IMG/VR virus record: IMGVR_UViG_3300025736_000010
Span: 1-64,000 of that record
Direction: 5' to 3' (one strand)
Origin: a virus
DNA length: 64,000 nucleotides
The notes beneath the pieces were generated by a model. It ran no database searches. It saw only the letters and a list, made by a program, of their open reading frames with translations, and was not told the DNA's origin. The position numbers were made by a program, and so were the translations under genes. Shown piece after piece: positions 1 to 8,943 of the stretch (positions are counted from its first letter, which is position 1; each line of letters starts with the position of its first letter).

Positions 1-285
1 GATCTTACTAAGACAAAGGAGAGCGAAACGCCTGATTTTGTGTGCCCACACTGCGGTATGAAGTGGAACGAAACAGGAGAATATTGGCGCGACGGAGAAT
101 ATGGGTATTTCACGCTAGACGAAGGTAAAAGCATGGCCTTCTTTACCTGCGCTCACTATCGCAGTACTCTTAATGGGCGAAAGCTAGTACATGGATGTGG
201 TAATAGGTTTAAGGTCGCCAGGACGGTTGAAACAACAGTCAGCTATGGCGTAGCGGATAAAATGGATACAGATAAAGTGACCTGA
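1..285 (+). CDS. Cys-rich (Zn-binding) hypothetical protein, 5'-partial
   Basis: Frame open from base 1; CPHC...CAH...HGC motifs. Confidence 0.6.
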   Translation, partial: DLTKTKESETPDFVCPHCGMKWNETGEYWRDGEYGYFTLDEGKSMAFFTCAHYRSTLNGRKLVHGCGNRFKVARTVETTVSYGVADKMDTDKVT

Positions 286-327
286 AAGCACAAATGCCAC
301 TAACTGAGGTTTAAAGGAGTAAGGAAC

Positions 328-504
328 ATGAGTAAAGGGCTATACAAACGACTGTGTAACTACGTAAGAAACTACCCGCTATACCACCTATACTACAAAC
401 ACACCAAGAAACACAAACAGGAACTAAAAGACACTACTAATAGGGTATGCGATAGATTCCTAGACGTTATGGGGTATAGACATCCACAGGATAAGCGCCA
501 GTAA
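328..504 (+). CDS. hypothetical protein (58 aa, MSKGLYKR...)
   Basis: AAGGAG/AAGGA RBS upstream; below ORF-track cutoff. Confidence 0.55.
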   Translation: MSKGLYKRLCNYVRNYPLYHLYYKHTKKHKQELKDTTNRVCDRFLDVMGYRHPQDKRQ

Positions 505-545
505 TCCACTTTGCGCCACAAAGTACTTTGTAGAAGGAGAACAGA

Positions 546-833
546 ATGAAACACAAAATACCAATAGAAGACATTTATAAGATGCAAGAGATGCGTGTAA
601 AGATAAACAGAATACCAATAACAGACATACAATTTACATATGAAGGTAAAGACCTAGACATACCAGAGAAAAGACTAGAAGATTGGTTGGATATAGGACT
701 GAATAACACCGATTTCGTGCTAACAGCGACGATATATAGCGCATTGCCGGGTAACCCGGAAGAGAATACAACGATAGCTAATGACATCTTAGAACAGATT
801 GGACAGAAGTTCCCAGAGTTGTGGCCAGATTAG
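546..833 (+). CDS. hypothetical protein
   Basis: AAGGAG RBS; 95 aa. Confidence 0.7.
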   Translation: MKHKIPIEDIYKMQEMRVKINRIPITDIQFTYEGKDLDIPEKRLEDWLDIGLNNTDFVLTATIYSALPGNPEENTTIANDILEQIGQKFPELWPD

Positions 834-1249
834 ACCGTAATTCGCCTTTCGATAATTGAAAAGGAGGGGATGTAGAGTTTCTCCCATGTTTACACCCCAA
901 GACTTAACCATAATCATCCAAAGTCATCTATAACCTTACCAAGACTTTACATTGTAGTACAGCAGTACCACTATTCACCTTAATACAGTACAAGGCGGTG
1001 CATTTTGTATGAGTTATCCTATAATAGCCTTACCCGCACTGGTCAGAAAGGTAACATAATTATACGTTTGCCTATTTTATGAACAATCGCCTGCCACTCT
1101 ACGTTTCAGCCATTTCGCCTCTATTTGACTCCTCTGAAATACGCTGATTTGCCTCTAAAATCGCCTTATCCTATTTTGTGTTTTGCCTAGGGGTCTACGG
1201 TGTAGTAGGGTTTGACTACAGGTGGAGATAGAACTGGACATTTGTCCTC

Positions 1250-1277
1250 TTGACATTACCCTACTAACGGATATACT
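1250..1277 (+). promoter_or_regulatory. sigma70-type promoter with adjacent GGACATTTGTCC palindrome (1236-1247)
   Basis: TTGACA-16-TATACT. Confidence 0.65.
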
Positions 1278-1305
1278 TGTGGTGACTAAAAGGAGCGTGA
1301 TCGGT

Positions 1306-1569
1306 ATGAATGTGGTAAAGCGCAGTGAGTATTGTGGTACTAAAGGTCAATTGTTGAAGGATATTCCAATGGGCACAATCTTTCGTGGGGCTATTGGTGG
1401 TTATCCCCCGCACGTTTGGGTTAAGACTCACTCTATTAACGGTAATGCTATATGTATAGGAGAAGCTGACGCCCCTATGGATGTGGGCCGGGGCTGTTCT
1501 GTCTTCGGCGATTGTGGTACAGTAGTCGGTTACGAGGTTCTTAACGCCACTCTAGTTATAGATGATTAA
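1306..1569 (+). CDS. hypothetical early protein (start moved to ATG 1306)
   Basis: AAAGGAG RBS downstream of the promoter. Confidence 0.7.
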   Translation: MNVVKRSEYCGTKGQLLKDIPMGTIFRGAIGGYPPHVWVKTHSINGNAICIGEADAPMDVGRGCSVFGDCGTVVGYEVLNATLVIDD

Positions 1570-1620
1570 GGGTTTTGTGTTTTTCGTGGTGTTTGAAAGG
1601 ATCTAGTGTAAGGAGCTGGT

Positions 1621-1839
1621 ATGAAATACATCTATGTCGCAGGAATCGGTATTGTGATGTTCCCCGCAACGTGTAATCACGACGACATAGCAAATTTATT
1701 CAACGGTATTGCTATCGAGTCGGCTGGATTTGTACGCTGTGATGATCCAGACGTACTAACGTGTTCGGGTGATTCAATGACGCTAAAACTTAAGTCTCGT
1801 GTGGTTGATACAGGTGTACTGCGCTCGTGTATTCGCTGA
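1621..1839 (+). CDS. hypothetical early protein
   Basis: AAGGAG RBS; H...SAGFV...C.GDS.TL...S pattern typical of small phage proteins. Confidence 0.75.
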   Translation: MKYIYVAGIGIVMFPATCNHDDIANLFNGIAIESAGFVRCDDPDVLTCSGDSMTLKLKSRVVDTGVLRSCIR

Positions 1840-1938
1840 TTCGCCTTGATATTCGCCGTTTCGCCTTTGGCTGGATTCGCTAATTCGCCCTTGGTTTCGC
1901 CTTAGTATTCGCCTCCTATTTCGCCTTTGATTTCGGCC
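1832..1938 (+). repeat. TTCGCC array 1 (about 10 copies)
   Basis: Copies at 1832, 1840, 1852, 1860, 1876, 1884, 1896, 1908, 1921, 1932. Confidence 0.9.
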
Positions 1939-2003
1939 TGACTTTATACGTTTCAAGTTGATATGCTAGAATATGGGAGAATATTCAAATTACCCGAAAG
2001 GGC

Positions 2004-2031
2004 TTGACAAACTGATGCAGATGACCATAAT
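2004..2031 (+). promoter_or_regulatory. sigma70-type promoter
   Basis: TTGACA-16-CATAAT. Confidence 0.6.
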
Positions 2032-2061
2032 GGTGGTAACAAACGCAGTGAAGGGGTTGGA

Positions 2062-2283
2062 ATGGAAACGCAAGCAGTCTACACGACCGAAGAACTAGCC
2101 GGATTCATTACAGACATGCTAGAACATACAGACACGGAAACGGTCCTTCTTATGGCTAATACGTGTCTTGGCAGGGAATTTGAGTTTGTGGAAGACGGGG
2201 AATATGATAAGTTTGTGGAGGTATTGGAAGACCCCAATTATGCAAAACCCCTGAAAATCTCAAAAATACTTGACAAGCAATAG
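2062..2283 (+). CDS. acidic hypothetical early protein
   Basis: AGGGG RBS after promoter. Confidence 0.7.
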   Translation: METQAVYTTEELAGFITDMLEHTDTETVLLMANTCLGREFEFVEDGEYDKFVEVLEDPNYAKPLKISKILDKQ

Positions 2284-2329
2284 ACAATAGGTGTATAGTT
2301 CGATATAAAGCAATCGGGAGGTTGTGAAG

Positions 2330-2674
2330 ATGAAACATGCAGAAAGGTTGACGAAAGTAAGAATAGAGGGAGAATGGAAGATAAGGCATCTTAACGCTAT
2401 CAATTGCCCAAGAGGCCAGGAGATTGGCTTTGTCTCAATGCTGAAAGGATGGCTAACATTTGCAGATAATCACGCTTACTCTGTAGACGATAACGAAAGA
2501 GGAATCGGTAACGACTATTACACGGGTGACATTTGGGCCAGGATAGGCACTGAACTGCGCGGCTTGTTGTCCTGTGATATTGGCTCACGCCTTGACTGCG
2601 GGACGCTTGACGGGGTTATACTGGGCGCGTTAGAAGCAGAAGGCTTTGACGAGAGCGGGGAGCGTGCGGAATGA
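2330..2674 (+). CDS. hypothetical early protein
   Basis: GGGAGG RBS; promoter TTGACA 2270 / TATAGT 2294. Confidence 0.75.
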   Translation: MKHAERLTKVRIEGEWKIRHLNAINCPRGQEIGFVSMLKGWLTFADNHAYSVDDNERGIGNDYYTGDIWARIGTELRGLLSCDIGSRLDCGTLDGVILGALEAEGFDESGERAE

Positions 2675-2940
2675 TCTTCGTAGACGATAGAACAGAAGAA
2701 CAGAAGAAAACACACGCGACAATCGTCGTTGGAACTGATAGCTTTATGAGCGGATGGGGAGAAGCTGGAGGCGGCCTGTCATACGCTGGATGGGCTTGTA
2801 AGGAGTCGGAAATCAATGCTTGCGAGTCTATGGTCCGCAATCGTAATGAAATGAAGCGAGTCCGCATTGTAGGCAACGACTATAAGCCATCCGGTCAAGG
2901 CCATTGCCATATATACGTGTATAAGGCACGGGAACTGTAA
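2671..2940 (+). CDS. hypothetical early protein (TDSFMSGWG motif)
   Basis: ATGA overlap with upstream gene; GGAG RBS. Confidence 0.75.
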   Translation: MIFVDDRTEEQKKTHATIVVGTDSFMSGWGEAGGGLSYAGWACKESEINACESMVRNRNEMKRVRIVGNDYKPSGQGHCHIYVYKAREL

Positions 2941-3125
2941 TGAACACATCAAGACGCTCATGCAAATACTTTGAAACATGCGGAAGCAATGAAAACTGCC
3001 TAAACTGTACCGGATACGAGAAGAAGAGCAATCGTGATAAGGTGGCACAGGTGCTAAGGCATAAGAAGCGCAGGTGTCGGCCATATCAGCGAGAAGGGAG
3101 GATAACGCGATGGAATCACGCATAG
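2940..3125 (+). CDS. small Cys-rich basic protein
   Basis: TAATG overlap; four Cys. Confidence 0.5.
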   Translation: MNTSRRSCKYFETCGSNENCLNCTGYEKKSNRDKVAQVLRHKKRRCRPYQREGRITRWNHA

Positions 3126-3274
3126 AGCGGCTTGAGAGGATAACCCTGAAGATGAGGCTTGGTACGCTTATAATCCGCGAGTATCACCTCGGCGATTGCC
3201 CAAGCGCGTACGATCAGGATATATATACGCCGGTAACAGACCAAAAGGAAATGAAAGCGCTAGATCTAAGATAA
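3110..3274 (+). CDS. hypothetical protein
   Basis: GGGAGG RBS before ATG 3110. Confidence 0.6.
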   Translation: MESRIERLERITLKMRLGTLIIREYHLGDCPSAYDQDIYTPVTDQKEMKALDLR

Positions 3275-3295
3275 TACGCCCAACCTCCCATGATC

Positions 3296-3324
3296 GCCCC
3301 TAGTGTAATGCTGGGGGCTTTCTT
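3296..3324 (+). terminator. intrinsic terminator
   Basis: GCCCCTAG..CTGGGGGC hairpin followed by TTTCTT. Confidence 0.75.
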
Positions 3325-3326
3325 GT

Positions 3327-3412
3327 TTCGCCTTAGATTACGCCTGTGTTGATTCGCCTTGGATTTCGCCTCTGATATTTCGCCTTGAACAATTCGCCTA
3401 TGATTTCGCCTC
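3327..3412 (+). repeat. TTCGCC array 2 (7 copies, 12-14 bp spacing)
   Basis: Copies at 3327, 3339 (variant), 3353, 3365, 3379, 3393, 3405. Confidence 0.9.
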
Positions 3413-3576
3413 TGTTTGGCTGATATGTTGGGAGGTGGGTCGATATGCTTGGATATATGAGAATATGTTGGTCGATTATTCAAATTGTCTGGAAACGGTC
3501 CATTTCCATGTTCCTTCCATTCTTCTTCACAACTGGCGGACTAAAATGGTAGTGTAGGAAAGGGAGATGGTATAAG

Positions 3577-3999
3577 ATGGAGAGAAAAGGGCTAACAACG
3601 GATCAAGCGATAGAACAGGAATGCTATTCTATTGGTGAAGCTATCGGGAATTGCCTAGAACTCAATGAAGACTTTATCGAACGATACTGCGGAGAGAAGG
3701 TATCGGCTCAACTGTTGAGGATACCTGAGCGCGACAGGGAGTACGCTATTGAGGGATCAATCGGAGAAGGTGAGGAATGCGGTTCAATGTGCGGACTCGG
3801 AGAAGATTCTATTGTTATTCCTATCGGAGAGATTGAAGTCCAGATAGAATCCCTTGAGGACCTTGCGGACCCTGAGGACTGGGTTATACACGGCGACTGC
3901 GCCTACTGTACACTTGACTCGATACGGTTTACAATTGACATTGAGACACTGACAGAAGCTGTTGACTCGATTCTAGACACTGGAGATGATAGCGAATGA
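3577..3999 (+). CDS. very acidic early protein
   Basis: AAAGGGAG RBS; roughly a quarter of residues D/E. Confidence 0.8.
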   Translation: MERKGLTTDQAIEQECYSIGEAIGNCLELNEDFIERYCGEKVSAQLLRIPERDREYAIEGSIGEGEECGSMCGLGEDSIVIPIGEIEVQIESLEDLADPEDWVIHGDCAYCTLDSIRFTIDIETLTEAVDSILDTGDDSE

Positions 4000-4211
4000 A
4001 ATGGTACGTAGGATTGACAGGGGCGCACGTTCTCAAAGCGTTCAGGGCAACAGCAGAGCCGACGGCAAAGACTCACGGGAAACTATACTTGGCATGTGTA
4101 GGGCCATTCAAGACACGCAGGGGCGCATTGTGGGCAGAGTCTCACGCTCTGAACAACCCTCATGCGTTGACAGTGGCACAGTGTGAAAGGATAGCAAAGG
4201 CGGCACAATGA
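3996..4211 (+). CDS. hypothetical protein (GPFKTRRGA motif)
   Basis: ATGA overlap; GGAG RBS. Confidence 0.7.
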   Translation: MKWYVGLTGAHVLKAFRATAEPTAKTHGKLYLACVGPFKTRRGALWAESHALNNPHALTVAQCERIAKAAQ

Positions 4212-4372
4212 GAGACTACACTGACAAAGAACGAGAAGAGATGCAGGCCAAGTATTGCAGCATGAGATATACTGAACTTGTGGCAGTAGAGGCAGAGCTG
4301 AAGGAAGAACTGAGCACGGTTCGCACCTTCATTGACAGAATAGGAAGGATAGAGTTTCCAGATAACAGATAA
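4208..4372 (+). CDS. hypothetical protein (54 aa)
   Basis: ATGA overlap; ends just before terminator. Confidence 0.6.
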   Translation: MRDYTDKEREEMQAKYCSMRYTELVAVEAELKEELSTVRTFIDRIGRIEFPDNR

Positions 4373-4387
4373 CGCAGTACCATCTTC

Positions 4388-4426
4388 GAGGGCATTGGCT
4401 AACGAGAGCTAATGCCCTCTTTCCTT
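4388..4426 (+). terminator. intrinsic terminator
   Basis: GAGGGCATTGGCT..AGCTAATGCCCTC plus T-rich tail. Confidence 0.8.
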
Positions 4427-4516
4427 TTCGCCCCTACTTTCGCCCCTACTTTCGCCTTGAACAATTCGCCTACACTTTCGCTTATTCGCCTATGATTTCG
4501 CCCGTCATATTTCGCC
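4427..4516 (+). repeat. TTCGCC array 3 (8 copies)
   Basis: Copies at 4427, 4439, 4451, 4465, 4477 (variant), 4485, 4497, 4511. Confidence 0.9.
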
Positions 4517-4539
4517 CCCATTTGACCGTGTTCAGATGT

Positions 4540-4672
4540 GGTCATGTGTCCTCAAATGATAGCGGACATGTGTCCCCCAAAGAAGAGCGGTCATGTGTCC
4601 TATTCTATAGGTGGTCATGTGTCCTCAATCTGGGTGGGATATGTGTCCTGTTTTGTGTGAGGACATTTGTCT
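4540..4672. repeat. six imperfect palindromes GG(T/A)CAT(G/T)TGTCC at 24-25 bp period
   Basis: Copies start at 4540, 4564, 4589, 4613, 4637, 4661. Confidence 0.9.
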
Positions 4673-4738
4673 AGTCAGTCTTCACATAATCTTCACATTA
4701 GTGTGTTATGGTGAAGTATCAAAGGGAGATGGTACGAG

Positions 4739-4960
4739 ATGGCAAAAGACTTCACGCCGGTTGTAACGCAAGTGACACAGGAAGAGGCTGAAAACATGAT
4801 GTTCGGACTTGACTCTATAGGATACTGTAGAGCTTGCGGTGCTGAACGTAGTGGATGTGAACCGGATGCTCGCGGGTACGAATGTTACGAATGTGGCGAA
4901 CATCAGGTGTATGGCTTTGAAGAACTTATGATCATGGGTGAAGTGGAAATTGTAGAGTAG
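4739..4960 (+). CDS. Zn-ribbon protein (CRACG...CEPDA..YEC..CG)
   Basis: Two CxxC pairs; AAAGGGAG RBS. Confidence 0.8.
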   Translation: MAKDFTPVVTQVTQEEAENMMFGLDSIGYCRACGAERSGCEPDARGYECYECGEHQVYGFEELMIMGEVEIVE

Positions 4961-4988
4961 TAAATCAAATATCCCGAGGAGGATACTT

Positions 4989-5498
4989 ATGGCGACAATG
5001 AAAATAAAGAAAGATGAGACAATACGTTTTGACGGCACATGGATTACAAACGGGTTTTGGATGTCACACAGGAACAGGATAACCCTCAGCGATAAGGCAA
5101 TGCAGGGATTGATCGATGCCAGCATACCATTCTCCCGCCAGGGTTATGGCGGGGAGATTGAAACTGGCGACAAGGTGAACACGTTTCAAGCAGAGCGTGT
5201 AATGCCGGAGGAGTCTTGCCCCGGCTCACAACTTGTTCCTACTCGCTTCCTCTACGAGATAGAGGATAACGGGGCAACAACCGTATGCCGTGTAATGAAA
5301 CACGATAGCGGCCGCCTCGTAGCAGTTAGCGAGCGGTATGCCGTCTTGTGGGAGGGACTCATGCTATATCAACACGCCCCATTGAAAGCTATCGGGATTG
5401 ATAACGGAACAGAAACGATAGCGGTTGTAATGCCGGTGAACAGCGATATGGCATTATCGGAACAAGTGAACAGACTTCACACCGGCTCGCAAGTCTAG
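4989..5498 (+). CDS. hypothetical early protein
   Basis: GAGGAGG RBS; 169 aa. Confidence 0.8.
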   Translation: MATMKIKKDETIRFDGTWITNGFWMSHRNRITLSDKAMQGLIDASIPFSRQGYGGEIETGDKVNTFQAERVMPEESCPGSQLVPTRFLYEIEDNGATTVCRVMKHDSGRLVAVSERYAVLWEGLMLYQHAPLKAIGIDNGTETIAVVMPVNSDMALSEQVNRLHTGSQV

Positions 5499-5508
5499 CG
5501 CCTCCTCA

Positions 5509-5543
5509 CACCCCTCCGAACTGGCAACTCGGAGGGGTTATTC
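5509..5543 (+). terminator. intrinsic terminator closing the early block
   Basis: ACCCCTCCGA..TCGGAGGGGT hairpin. Confidence 0.75.
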
Positions 5544-5828
5544 TCTGCCTATTTCACGTCCGAACCACTCCAAACCACTCCCGAACTACTCAAAAGACGG
5601 CAACCTTTCCCAGTCACTCCCATTCTATCCTATAACCTCATGAAGTCTACAGCGTAGAGTAGGACAGGGGATGCGGTGTCGTAGGCTCTATTATAATGTG
5701 TTAGGTACCCATCTTTTTTGCTAGAATACGCTATCATATACTACAACGCCCCTGCCCGATACAAATCCGCAAAAAATTACAAAACGTATAATTAACACAT
5801 CCAAATTTTTTGCGTAATATTTTGCACA

Positions 5829-5950
5829 CTATCCATCATCAACGATCCAATAATCAAACTCCTCAGGATGCTCGTCGCGATACGCTATGAACTCATCCGC
5901 CGACATAGTGCCTTTTCGCATATTGCAGTCTGGACAAGCCAAGGTACCAT
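5829..5950 (-). pseudogene. C-terminal remnant of an HNH endonuclease
   Basis: Translates LACPDCNMRKGTMSADEF...; stop upstream in frame, no start. Confidence 0.55.
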
Positions 5951-6063
5951 ACGCACTCTTTACTCTTACATATAGGGCATATTAGTACTTTTATCTTTTT
6001 CTCTTGTTTTATCTCCTTCAGTATCTTATCACATAGTTTTTTGCAGCATCTACATGTTTTCAT
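5893..6063 (-). CDS. small Cys-rich protein (56 aa)
   Basis: MKTCRCC...CPICKS. Confidence 0.5.
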   Translation of the reverse strand: MKTCRCCKKLCDKILKEIKQEKKIKVLICPICKSKECVWYLGLSRLQYAKRHYVGG

Positions 6064-6068
6064 ATATA

Positions 6069-6254
6069 TCACTCATCCGTCTCGCTCGACTCCCAGTACT
6101 CACAACTTCCGTAGTAGCCTATCAACGCTCTAGGAGCCAGTCCGTCGGGCGTAGGGTTATGAGAACAGTACGTTTCGTCATAGAACGAGTCATAGGCCAT
6201 ATACTTACACTTACAGCACGGTTTATACACTAATGGGTTTACGTAGGTTGGCAT
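6069..6254 (-). CDS. small Cys-rich protein
   Basis: AGGAG RBS; CCKCKY...C..W pattern. Confidence 0.65.
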   Translation of the reverse strand: MPTYVNPLVYKPCCKCKYMAYDSFYDETYCSHNPTPDGLAPRALIGYYGSCEYWESSETDE

Positions 6255-6810
6255 TGTTTTCTCCTATACTGTTGTTTTGTTTTCCGCTTAATACTCCAAC
6301 GTTCACCATTAACGACAGTTCTATTGTACGCGTACCATTGAATGTATCCCATTGTATTGGTAGTTTTAGTAGTTTTAAGGTCCAGTATCTTATTGATGTT
6401 TTTAGCGTCCATTTAGGTGCTAGCAATCCTAGCTTTCTTAGTTTGTACGAGTCTTGTTGTATAAATACTTTCTCCGGTGAAGATTTCTTTAATAGCCTGT
6501 TCATACCTGCTGCGAGTTCAACTGTTTGATCTGTTTCGCGTACTCTGCTAAAATATCTTGCTTGGTTATGTAGTGTTTCTACTCTTACCATAGTTTCTGT
6601 TTTCGGCGGGAGCGGTATAGTTAGGTTGCGATCTGCATACTTCGTGAATGGTTCATCGTATTGCATCAATCTAATATTCCAAAGGTCGTTCGGCACTATA
6701 GTTACTTTGAATCCTTTGTGTAGTTCTGCAATTGCGTTTTCGGGCCACTTATATATATTAGACCATTCTTCTACTGTATGCGGTCGCTTTAGTTTTGTTT
6801 TCATTTCCAC
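6223..6810 (-). CDS. hypothetical protein
   Basis: AAGGAG RBS; 195 aa. Confidence 0.7.
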   Translation of the reverse strand: MEMKTKLKRPHTVEEWSNIYKWPENAIAELHKGFKVTIVPNDLWNIRLMQYDEPFTKYADRNLTIPLPPKTETMVRVETLHNQARYFSRVRETDQTVELAAGMNRLLKKSSPEKVFIQQDSYKLRKLGLLAPKWTLKTSIRYWTLKLLKLPIQWDTFNGTRTIELSLMVNVGVLSGKQNNSIGENNANLRKPISV

Positions 6811-6827
6811 TCCTTATATATTCCGTA

Positions 6828-7100
6828 TCAACACTGTACTTCCCTCTTTGTATACGTTTCACTTATAAGCTTGAACCACACTTCTATAATCCACTTATCC
6901 ATACGTTTACTCGCTACCTCTACTTTCCACGGTTTAATATGGAACTCTTCATCTCCTACGTATACTGTGAATATTTCACCGTTTAGAAGTGTGTGTTTTA
7001 CGCGATCAAAGTCTTCTGGAGCTACAAAGCCATCCAGCATGTATGTGTATAGGTTTCTAACGTCTATTCCTTCATTACAGTCTAGTGTCCAAGTATTCAT
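6828..7100 (-). CDS. hypothetical protein
   Basis: AGGAG RBS. Confidence 0.7.
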   Translation of the reverse strand: MNTWTLDCNEGIDVRNLYTYMLDGFVAPEDFDRVKHTLLNGEIFTVYVGDEEFHIKPWKVEVASKRMDKWIIEVWFKLISETYTKREVQC

Positions 7101-7110
7101 GGTGTCTCCT

Positions 7111-7314
7111 CTACGGATTAAGTTCGTCTGGGAATTGTTCTTTTGTCAGCTTCTCTATAATTCGCCAACACAGTATCGCCTGCTCTTTACTTACCGAGTC
7201 AACGTAATCAGGCCACATATCAGCCTCATCTACTGAATACAGCGCGTTATGGAGGTCTGTGTCGTTTAATACTGGGTTTGTATCACCGAAGAAGTCTTCT
7301 AGTTTTGTTTTCAT
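7111..7314 (-). CDS. hypothetical protein
   Basis: GAGGAG RBS. Confidence 0.7.
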   Translation of the reverse strand: MKTKLEDFFGDTNPVLNDTDLHNALYSVDEADMWPDYVDSVSKEQAILCWRIIEKLTKEQFPDELNP

Positions 7315-7333
7315 TGTATCTCCTCTTCCCTCT

Positions 7334-7684
7334 CTATACGGTAGTCTCGATTAGTGTTTTGTTTTTCGCCGCACTTTCTGGTGTTTCTATTACTTGCTCC
7401 AACGACCCTGATCCACCTAACAAGTTTCTACCAGATTCAGGCCCGCCGCGCCCAAGAAAGCCTGACATAATAGCATCGCTCTGTATAGCTGCTTCCCATA
7501 ACGCTTGCGCTCTCAGCAACAGTACTTCTTTCGGTTCGCATCGGTCGTTAAAGAAAATGTAGTCACCCATCCTAAGGATAACGTCTCTAAGTCCTTCTGA
7601 TGTTAAGTTGCCATCTATACTTGGAACTAGCCTATATTCGCTTGGTTTTGATATCTTACATCCAGCAATGCGTACTTCATCCAT
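7334..7684 (-). CDS. hypothetical protein
   Basis: AAGGAGG RBS. Confidence 0.7.
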   Translation of the reverse strand: MDEVRIAGCKISKPSEYRLVPSIDGNLTSEGLRDVILRMGDYIFFNDRCEPKEVLLLRAQALWEAAIQSDAIMSGFLGRGGPESGRNLLGGSGSLEQVIETPESAAKNKTLIETTV

Positions 7685-7736
7685 TATGCCTCCTTACGAG
7701 TCATATGCTTTCATGTTACTCTATGTTACTGCTCAG

Positions 7737-8309
7737 TTATGGTTTTGTTTCAACACCGTTTTCCAACGATTCAACTGTTCGCCAATGCCAGTCGTAGTCT
7801 TTCTTGCAGTCGCTACTTACCGCGCATTTGTCACCTTCTATAAACGCCAATGAACCGTCGCCATCCCAGTACCAGCCAAAGTGAATGTCGCCATTTGAGT
7901 AGAACCGCCCTTTTGCAATAACGTCGTTAGCAAACTCCTCACAACAACTATCTCCGACGATTGCCTCAATGACCATTCTGCCTGCCTCGCTACCAATACC
8001 GACCCTCGCGAATTCTGGATTTACTTCAAAGCACGAGTAACACCCATACTCTTCTGGTGAGCAGTCAAAGCAATATTCTCGCATTCTCTCTCCGAATGAG
8101 TTCGCGTCGTAATCCGTTCTTAGCCTGGTATTATATTCGTGTAACACTTCGATCATGCTGTCTATGCGTTCTATCTCGCCATGAGCCTCTCGCAATAGCA
8201 CTACAGGCATATAACTGTCTTCGCCGATAGATATACGTGTTTCTCCCTCTACTGCTGCGTTTTCCAAGAACTGTAGTATAGCCTCTAAGTGGTATGTTCT
8301 CATTTTCAT
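7737..8309 (-). CDS. hypothetical protein (FGWYWDGDG motif)
   Basis: AAAGGAGG RBS before ATG 8309. Confidence 0.7.
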   Translation of the reverse strand: MKMRTYHLEAILQFLENAAVEGETRISIGEDSYMPVVLLREAHGEIERIDSMIEVLHEYNTRLRTDYDANSFGERMREYCFDCSPEEYGCYSCFEVNPEFARVGIGSEAGRMVIEAIVGDSCCEEFANDVIAKGRFYSNGDIHFGWYWDGDGSLAFIEGDKCAVSSDCKKDYDWHWRTVESLENGVETKP

Positions 8310-8320
8310 TTTGCCTCCTT

Positions 8321-8758
8321 TTACTCGTCCTCTGGACAACAATCGTATTGATGCCTTTCTGCGCACATGTCTGTTATCTCATCTGGATATTTTTCAATTA
8401 ACGTGGCTAGTAGTTTCCTTTCATCTACCTCTATATCAGCCGTTCTCTTTACATCTCGCTGTTTTTGCCGCTCTTTATATTTGCGTTTTTCCTCGTCTTT
8501 CGCCGCTTTAACTATATCCTTCCAGTTATCGGACCAAAGGCATTCAAGTGGAATCCAATCTTGGTCGTCACTACTGCCAATCCAGTAATTTATATATAGG
8601 CTATTATTCACACTCTCAAACACTTCTGTTATATAAATGTCGTGTTCGCGTTTTGGATTAAGAAATTCAACTGCGCTCCTAGCAAACTCAGCGAGTTCTT
8701 CTTCCTTCCTCATGTGGCTATAGTATTCTTTTGCTTTCTTGAATGGAGGCATTATCAT
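8321..8758 (-). CDS. hypothetical protein
   Basis: AAAGGAG RBS; tightly packed. Confidence 0.7.
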   Translation of the reverse strand: MIMPPFKKAKEYYSHMRKEEELAEFARSAVEFLNPKREHDIYITEVFESVNNSLYINYWIGSSDDQDWIPLECLWSDNWKDIVKAAKDEEKRKYKERQKQRDVKRTADIEVDERKLLATLIEKYPDEITDMCAERHQYDCCPEDE

Positions 8759-8943
8759 TCTCCTTTTGTTTTTATAGCATTTAATACGCTTAAAACTACG
8801 TCGCTTTCAGTTGCGGTTAGCGCAATTCCGTCTAGTTTTATTGTTGGCATGTTGGATTTTGATATTGCAAATTCAGTCCATCCGACACTCCTATACTTCA
8901 TAACTGTACACTCCAGCCCAAGATCTTCTAATTGCTTTCGCAT
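8755..8943 (-). CDS. hypothetical protein
   Basis: AAAGGGAG RBS. Confidence 0.65.
   Translation of the reverse strand: MRKQLEDLGLECTVMKYRSVGWTEFAISKSNMPTIKLDGIALTATESDVVLSVLNAIKTKGE

Noticed and set aside
4540-4672. CRISPR array
   Set aside because: Repeats (12 bp) and spacers (12-13 bp) are far too short, and no cas genes are present.
4492-4674. 60-aa ORF across the repeat array
   Set aside because: No RBS; it is a translation of the repeats.
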